Assembly (NCBI GenBank): GCA_046303115.1
Contig: JBKCGZ010000166.1
Span: 6,389-70,388 of the forward strand
Direction: 5' to 3'
Length of the DNA: 64,000 nt
DNA from: Bacteroidota bacterium
GTDB taxonomy: Bacteria > Bacteroidota > Bacteroidia > AKYH767-A > OLB10
The position numbers were made by a program, and so were the translations under genes. Of the stretch, positions 57,986-64,000 are shown in pieces. Position 1 is the stretch's first letter. Every line of letters starts with the position of its first letter. Under the pieces are notes generated by a model, which worked only from the letters and a program-made list of their open reading frames with translations, had not been told where the DNA came from and did no database searches.

Positions 57986-59062
57986 ATGAAAGTTTTACAT
58001 ATCATATGGTCGTCGAATATAGGAGGGATAGAAAGCGTTGTGCTTAATTTAGCATCAGCGCAGCAAAACCATGGTATAGTAAAACCTACACTCTTTGCAG
58101 CCAAATCAGAAGGTCCATTATTTGAAAAGGCACAAGAAAAAAATATTGATCTAATAAAAGGTAATTTCAAAAAAGGAAGCAGCAATATTTTCAAGATTAA
58201 TGAATGTATAAAGTTATTTCAGCAATTCGACATACTCCATCTTCATTCTTTCAATCCAATAATTGCACTTGCTGCTATTCGTTCAAAACGAAAAATTGTT
58301 TTTACCGAACATGGAAACTTTGCCTTTGAGAGAAAGCAAGGAATTTCAGAGAAATTTTCTAAAAAGCTTCAAGAATTATTTATAAATAAATGTGCCAATC
58401 ACATCACTTTCAATTCTGAATTTTCAAAAGCAACTGCAATTGCAAAATATCATCTAACTAAAAAACCATTGAGTGTTGTTTATAACGGAGTTGAATTACC
58501 CCCAACGGTTGAAAAGAAAACAAAATCATCTGATACTATTCGAATTGGATTTGTTGGTCGCTTAGTAGAAGTTAAAAGAGTTGATCGCCTAATTGAAGTT
58601 ATCTCAGCTATTAATGATAAATCTAAAATCAAGGTAGAACTCATAGGTGATGGTCCACTGAGGCAGAATATTCTTAATCAACTAGCTGAAAAAAATTTAA
58701 CAAATATTATTAAGCTTTTAGGATTCAAAAATAATTTATCGATTTATTATAGCCAGTGGGATCTACTACTTGCGCCTTCGACTAATGAAGCATTTGGACT
58801 TGTCGCAATAGAAGCATATTCTAACGGATGCGCGGTAGCTGTATTTAGTGATGGCGGGGGGTTAGCTGAATTAGTAAATCAATGTGAACCCAATATGGTT
58901 TTTAAATCAACTAACGAACTTACCGCGTTCATTGAATCACTAATCGAAAAGTCACAAGATCTGAACGAAATTAACATTCGAAATCATCGTAAAGCATTTG
59001 CTCAGCAATTCTCCATTGAAAAGATGGAATCAGCAATTAACCAAGTTTACTTATCTTTATAA
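57986..59062 (+). CDS. Glycosyltransferase family 4
   Basis: 358 aa. EAFGLVAIEAYSNGCAVAV (E-x7-E). IGDGPLRQ. Confidence 0.85.
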   Translation: MKVLHIIWSSNIGGIESVVLNLASAQQNHGIVKPTLFAAKSEGPLFEKAQEKNIDLIKGNFKKGSSNIFKINECIKLFQQFDILHLHSFNPIIALAAIRSKRKIVFTEHGNFAFERKQGISEKFSKKLQELFINKCANHITFNSEFSKATAIAKYHLTKKPLSVVYNGVELPPTVEKKTKSSDTIRIGFVGRLVEVKRVDRLIEVISAINDKSKIKVELIGDGPLRQNILNQLAEKNLTNIIKLLGFKNNLSIYYSQWDLLLAPSTNEAFGLVAIEAYSNGCAVAVFSDGGGLAELVNQCEPNMVFKSTNELTAFIESLIEKSQDLNEINIRNHRKAFAQQFSIEKMESAINQVYLSL

Positions 59063-59063
59063 C

Positions 59064-60962
59064 ATGTGTGGAATTAATGGATTTATGATGCTGGGAAACA
59101 GCTTGCCTATTGAAGCAAGTGAACACCTCGTGCGTATGAATCAACGTATTCAACACAGAGGCCCTGATGATCAAGGTGCTTATATCAACACTGAAAAAGG
59201 AATTGCTCTTGGACATTTACGACTAAGTATCATTGATTTGTCAGATGCCGGACATCAACCCATGTTTGATGAAAGAGGGAATTGCATTGTTTTTAATGGG
59301 GAGATTTATAATTATAAATCCATAAAAAAAGAAATCACTGACTGCGTTTTTAAATCCGACAGTGATACAGAAGTGTTATTACAACTTTATCACAAAGAAG
59401 GGCATGCTGCATTACAAAAGTTAAATGGAATGTTTGCATTTGCTTATTTCGATAACAAGAATAATGTATTAAAATTAGCAAGAGATAGGGCTGGTAAAAA
59501 ACCGCTCTACTACTCTGCTATGGGCGGAGTGTTTTCGTTTTCATCTGAAATAAAAGCGCTCTTAGAATTACCTTGGATAAAGAAAGAAATTGATGAAGAA
59601 GCGCTCTATCACTTTTTAACCTTTAATCATGTAGATGCGCCTTCTACATTTTTCAAAGGTATTAAAAAACTTGGTGCTGGTGAATACATGACCGTTAGCA
59701 ATAATGGAATTATAGAATTGAAATCCTATTATGACATACACTACGAGAATTTAAATCATTCAAGTGAAAAATTAATTGAAGAAACATTATTTGAAAAGTT
59801 AAATAAGTCGGTTGATTTAAGAATGTTAGCAGATGTACCTGTTGGTGCATTTTTAAGTGGTGGCGTCGACTCAAGTGCCGTTGTTGCAATGATGAGGGCA
59901 AGAACAGCAGGATCAATTAAAACATTCTCTGTTGGATTTGAAGGACAGCCAGACTACGATGAAAGGATATATGCTCAAAAAATAGCGAAGCAGTTTAACA
60001 CTGATCATTATGAAAAGATTGTAGGTAAAGAAGATATCGAAAACTTTTTGCCATCTGTTGTTTCCATATTTGATGAACCCATGGCGGATGCCACTTGTAT
60101 ACCTGTTTATTTTATTTCTGAATTAGCAAGGAAACACAATACCATTGTTGTACAAACGGGAGATGGTGCAGATGAGTTATTAGCAGGATATAATAGCTGG
60201 CAAAAATATGAACAGATATATCCTTATTACAATTTATTGAACAAGCTTCCAAAAAGTCTATTACAACTTGCGTCATCAACTATTGGATATGATGATAACA
60301 AAACAGGAATCAAAGAAATAATTTACCGTGCTGCTAACGGACAAGAATTATTTTGGGGAGGAGCAAAAGCATTTAAAGAAAATACTAAAAAGCAGATTCT
60401 ATCATCTGAATTTCTAAGCAATCATGCATCATTAGATTCTTATGCTGTAATCAAAAAGCATCTGAACGAATTTCAAAAAATTCGAGAGAAAAACAATTGG
60501 TTAAGTGATAAGGATTGGATGTGCTATCTGGGATATAAGTACTTAATTCCTGCTAAATACCTCTATCGGATGGATCGTATAGGAATGGCACATAGTATTG
60601 AAATCAGAAATCCTTTTTTAGATTATGAATTTGTAGATTATGCATTATCGATTCCATATTCGCTAAAGTCAAAAAACAAAATTCCAAAATACATTTTAAA
60701 AAAATCGCTAGAAGGGACATTGCCAAATGAAATTCTTTATCGAAAGAAAATGGGATTCTGTGTTCCATTGAGAGAATGGTCGCAAGATATTATTATCAGA
60801 AATATTGAAAGTGATTTAAGCAGCTTTTGTAAAAACACGAACATCTTTAGTGAGTCGGGATTAAGAACACAAATTAACGCGATGAAGAACGGGAAGAAAG
60901 ATTACACGAATAATCTTTGGACGATCTATTTCATCATGCAATGGTTTAAAAAATGGATGTAA
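59064..60962 (+). CDS. asnB: Asparagine synthase (glutamine-hydrolysing) family amidotransferase
   Basis: MCGINGFM (Ntn Cys2). PP-loop FLSGGVDSS. Confidence 0.88.
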   Translation: MCGINGFMMLGNSLPIEASEHLVRMNQRIQHRGPDDQGAYINTEKGIALGHLRLSIIDLSDAGHQPMFDERGNCIVFNGEIYNYKSIKKEITDCVFKSDSDTEVLLQLYHKEGHAALQKLNGMFAFAYFDNKNNVLKLARDRAGKKPLYYSAMGGVFSFSSEIKALLELPWIKKEIDEEALYHFLTFNHVDAPSTFFKGIKKLGAGEYMTVSNNGIIELKSYYDIHYENLNHSSEKLIEETLFEKLNKSVDLRMLADVPVGAFLSGGVDSSAVVAMMRARTAGSIKTFSVGFEGQPDYDERIYAQKIAKQFNTDHYEKIVGKEDIENFLPSVVSIFDEPMADATCIPVYFISELARKHNTIVVQTGDGADELLAGYNSWQKYEQIYPYYNLLNKLPKSLLQLASSTIGYDDNKTGIKEIIYRAANGQELFWGGAKAFKENTKKQILSSEFLSNHASLDSYAVIKKHLNEFQKIREKNNWLSDKDWMCYLGYKYLIPAKYLYRMDRIGMAHSIEIRNPFLDYEFVDYALSIPYSLKSKNKIPKYILKKSLEGTLPNEILYRKKMGFCVPLREWSQDIIIRNIESDLSSFCKNTNIFSESGLRTQINAMKNGKKDYTNNLWTIYFIMQWFKKWM

Positions 60963-62107
60963 TGAAGAAGGTCCTTTTAATTACCAACATACCCAACCCC
61001 TATCGCGTTCCGTTATTCAACGAGCTTTCTAAGCAATTAAAAAATGAGAATATCCATTTAAAAATAATTTTTGCAAATAAAACTTATAAAAGAAGGCTCT
61101 TTCAATTAAATGAAAATGAATTTCAATTTGATTATTCTTTTTTAGATAACGAAGCCATTACGATTGGGAACAACACAGAGAATTCTTATTTTACCTATAA
61201 AGGACTTAGTCAACATTTGAAAAAAGAAAAGCCAGATGCAATAGTTGTATCAGGATTTTCAAGCGCTACAGTAAAAGTATTTTTGTATTCGTTACTTACA
61301 CGGACACCTTACCTAATCTGGAATGGTTCAATAGCCAAAAAAGGAAGGAAGGATAGTCTCGTAAGAACGATGCAAAGAAAACTGTTAACTCGTTTCGCAT
61401 CTGCATTTGTTGCTTACGGAACTAAAGCAAAATCCTATTTAGCAAGTTTAGGAGCCCGAGAAGAAAAAGTTTTTATTGCAACTAACACAGTCGACACAAG
61501 TTTCTTTGAACAAGAAACAGAAAAACATCGAGCAACGTTGGTAAATGATGGTACGAATCATTTTATTTATCTTGGATATTTAGTACCAAGAAAAAATGTT
61601 GGTCAGTTAATTGAAATTGCTAAAATTTTAAAATCACAACGCAATGATTTTTGTATTGACATAATTGGTGATGGAGAAAGCAAACAAGCACTAGAAAAAA
61701 TGGTTGTTGATTATCAACTTTCGGATCAAATAAAATTTCACGGATTTAAGCAGAAAGAAGAACTTCCGCCCTACTTTGCTAAAGCAAAGGCATTGTTATT
61801 CCAAACCGACTTTGATATTTGGGGACTTGTACTAAACGAAGCTATGGCTGCGGGTGTACCTTGTCTATCTTCTATAAATGCTGGGGCAAGTGAAGATTTA
61901 ATCAACAATGGTGTTAATGGTTACATAGTAGATTATCAAAATAAAGAGGAAATAGTAGAAAAAATCAATTTTATTATCGAAAATCCGGAAAAAGCTCAGG
62001 AATTAGGGAAACAAGCTGGGGACTTTATCCGTAACAATGCTTCACTTTCAAAGGCCTCGACGGGGTTTGTGAAGGCTATAAAAACGTCATTGCACTTATT
62101 TATCTAA
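60953..62107 (+). CDS. Glycosyltransferase family 4
   Basis: 384 aa. DIWGLVLNEAMAAGVPCLSS. IGDGESKQ. Confidence 0.8.
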   Translation: MDVMKKVLLITNIPNPYRVPLFNELSKQLKNENIHLKIIFANKTYKRRLFQLNENEFQFDYSFLDNEAITIGNNTENSYFTYKGLSQHLKKEKPDAIVVSGFSSATVKVFLYSLLTRTPYLIWNGSIAKKGRKDSLVRTMQRKLLTRFASAFVAYGTKAKSYLASLGAREEKVFIATNTVDTSFFEQETEKHRATLVNDGTNHFIYLGYLVPRKNVGQLIEIAKILKSQRNDFCIDIIGDGESKQALEKMVVDYQLSDQIKFHGFKQKEELPPYFAKAKALLFQTDFDIWGLVLNEAMAAGVPCLSSINAGASEDLINNGVNGYIVDYQNKEEIVEKINFIIENPEKAQELGKQAGDFIRNNASLSKASTGFVKAIKTSLHLFI

Positions 62108-62155
62108 CAAAAACTATTTTTACAAAGCATAATTGCCGAGTAAAAATTAAAGATT

Positions 62156-63424
62156 ATGAACTTTCGAATTTGGCTCAAGTGGTTTAAGTCGCTGCACATT
62201 ACTAAAAAATGGTTTATTGTTCTGATATTAATCAGACCAATCGTCGATAATTTTTATGAGCTGAAAGAAACATCTTCGTTAGCAAGTCCGCTATACATTG
62301 TTGGAGTATTAACTCCCATATTAATTTTATTTAGCGCTACCTCTAATAAACTAGCACGCATTAAACAATCTGTTTATGACAGTCCGTTTAAATTATTTAC
62401 CTACTTCTTGGTCGGAAACTGTTTAATTTTCTATGCTACACAGTTGTCTATATCATCAATCGGTGATGTGATTAAGTATACTACACCAGCTTTAATTTTC
62501 TTCTATTGCAGGATGTTTGTTCAGACAAAAGCTGATCTCGATGGAATCTTATTCGCATGTTTACTAGCATGCATCTTCCCATTAGGAATGATGTTTTACG
62601 AATCGATTTTTAACCCAATTGCGGTTGAGTATGTGAGTGAAGGACGAGGTGGTGGTGCGCGAATTCGTGGTGCTTATGCAGACATTATGAATTATGCAAT
62701 CTACATCGAGATTTTATTTATCACGATAAGTTATTACTTCCTAACGTATATCTATAATAAAACAAAACTTAAAGTAACTCCATTTCATATTGTTATTACA
62801 CTAATGATTGTATTTTTTGGATTAACTAAAATTAAGCAGGTATCGACGTGGGCCGTAACATTAACAGTTTTTGTGTTTTTGATGGTACATAACCTTAAAA
62901 ATGTAAAAGGATTAATCGTAGTATTTTTTGTTTGTATTATTGGAGGATTATTCTTTGCTGAAGATATTTACAACAAGCAAATTGCTCCATTAATTGACAA
63001 AGAAATCAAAGTTGTAGATAATGAAAATGATAAGTCGCAAGCACTTAACGGAAGGATGAGTCGATGGGAAAAATATTTTGAGATATGGGAACAGATGCCA
63101 GTATTGAATCACTTTATAGGCGTACCTAGTTCTAATTTTAAAGAAACAGATAATATGATTAGTGCCGGCATGCACTCCGATTATGTGCGACTATTATTTT
63201 TAACTGGATTTATTGGAGTTGGTGCCTACACGCTTTACTTTATTCTAATTAACACCGCCTATTTCCAACTTTTAATTCCAGAAAAGTTTCTCTTAATATC
63301 GACTACTGCATCCTTGCTTTTATGGTCTGTCAGCACTATTCCAACATTATATGCACCATGGATGTACTTTATGTTTCCAGTAGTAGCTTATGCATCACTC
63401 CCTAAAAAAATGCAGTATTCATGA
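62156..63424 (+). CDS. Wzy-type polymerase / O-antigen-ligase-like polytopic membrane protein
   Basis: 422 aa, about 10 TMs, with a large periplasmic loop (KEIKVVDNENDKSQALNGRMSRWEKY...) typical of Wzy_C proteins. Confidence 0.55.
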   Translation: MNFRIWLKWFKSLHITKKWFIVLILIRPIVDNFYELKETSSLASPLYIVGVLTPILILFSATSNKLARIKQSVYDSPFKLFTYFLVGNCLIFYATQLSISSIGDVIKYTTPALIFFYCRMFVQTKADLDGILFACLLACIFPLGMMFYESIFNPIAVEYVSEGRGGGARIRGAYADIMNYAIYIEILFITISYYFLTYIYNKTKLKVTPFHIVITLMIVFFGLTKIKQVSTWAVTLTVFVFLMVHNLKNVKGLIVVFFVCIIGGLFFAEDIYNKQIAPLIDKEIKVVDNENDKSQALNGRMSRWEKYFEIWEQMPVLNHFIGVPSSNFKETDNMISAGMHSDYVRLLFLTGFIGVGAYTLYFILINTAYFQLLIPEKFLLISTTASLLLWSVSTIPTLYAPWMYFMFPVVAYASLPKKMQYS

Positions 63425-64000
63425 GCGATAAAAAAAACATATTACTCTTAGGCAAGCTGCCTCCACCGTATATGGGGCCATCTATTGCAACTGCATTGTT
63501 ATTACAGTCTGATTTATCACGTAATTTTAATTTGTTGCATGTTGATACGAAAGTAAATTCAGATTTAAAAAACATTGGTAAATTTAACTTCGATAAATTA
63601 AAAAGGAATATAGACATCTATAAGAAACTAATTAAGATCAATAAAAAATATCGACCTGAATTAGCACTTATACCATTTAGTCAATCAACAATAGGATTCA
63701 TAAAAGACTCCATTTATATTTATATCTGTTTACAACTAAAAACAAAAATTCTTCTTCATCTAAGAGGTAGTGAATTTAAAATCTGGATGAATCGATCCAA
63801 TGCGCTAACACGTTGGTATGTTAAATCCACATTGAAAAAATGTGAAGGTGTAATCGTACTAGGCAACAACTTGAAATATTTATTTGAAGAATATCTACCG
63901 GAAAATAAAATTTTTGTTTGTCCGAATGGTGGTACTTATGATTTACCAGTTAGAAAAAAAGTAAGTGACAAAATAAAAGTTTTATACTTGGGTAATTTAC
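63421..64000 (+). CDS. Glycosyltransferase (GT-B, GT4-like N-domain), 5' partial; continues beyond the window
   Basis: ATGA overlap with the preceding gene. MSDKKNILLLGKLPPPYMGPSIAT... Open to the end of the window. Confidence 0.55.
   Translation, partial: MSDKKNILLLGKLPPPYMGPSIATALLLQSDLSRNFNLLHVDTKVNSDLKNIGKFNFDKLKRNIDIYKKLIKINKKYRPELALIPFSQSTIGFIKDSIYIYICLQLKTKILLHLRGSEFKIWMNRSNALTRWYVKSTLKKCEGVIVLGNNLKYLFEEYLPENKIFVCPNGGTYDLPVRKKVSDKIKVLYLGNL

Overview
The window is an AT-rich, densely coded chromosomal segment. Several markers point to Bacteroidota: a short 287-aa sigma-70 RpoD, T9SS C-terminal sorting domains, a MoxR/DUF58/BatA/BatB/BatC operon, SusC-like CarboxypepD_reg N-termini, and a DUF1599 gene divergent from folP. 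No tools were run, so all homology statements come from reading the translated ORFs and their motifs.

Bases 1-41,700 are mainly housekeeping genes:
- rpoD, a TonB-dependent receptor and a SUI1-family translation factor.
- bshA, a GH3/beta-lactamase fusion gene and an NYN-domain gene.
- dapD, ruvX, def and aroK.
- A truncated Bat aerotolerance-like operon.
- An orphan ABC permease, a MauE/DoxX-thioredoxin fusion, DUF1599, folP, a PD-(D/E)XK nuclease-like gene, an LTA-synthase gene and a kdsC-like gene.
- UbiA prenyltransferase, maf, EamA, tRNA-Leu(GAG), a T9SS-CTD protein, peroxiredoxin and mazG.
- An ABC-F ATPase, apaG, trmH, a BamA/TamA-like OMP and a soluble hybrid REC-histidine kinase.

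Bases 41,755-47,941 carry a minus-strand phenylacetate catabolic block, paaA-B-C-D-(F/G)-H-I-J, with no paaE, paaK or paaZ in the window.

Bases 48,138-64,000 form a Wza/Wzc/Wzx/Wzy-dependent polysaccharide locus on the plus strand with tightly coupled genes. Its unusual elements are:
- A single ORF fusing a Wzx flippase to a GT4 glycosyltransferase.
- A Wzc whose tail is a pure (GY)n repeat.
- A three-gene cassette of Pol-beta nucleotidyltransferase, GH43-like beta-propeller protein and Pol-beta nucleotidyltransferase, followed by a SAM methyltransferase, an AsnB-type amidotransferase, three GT4 glycosyltransferases and a Wzy-like polymerase.

No CRISPR array, rRNA, transposase or integrase was seen.
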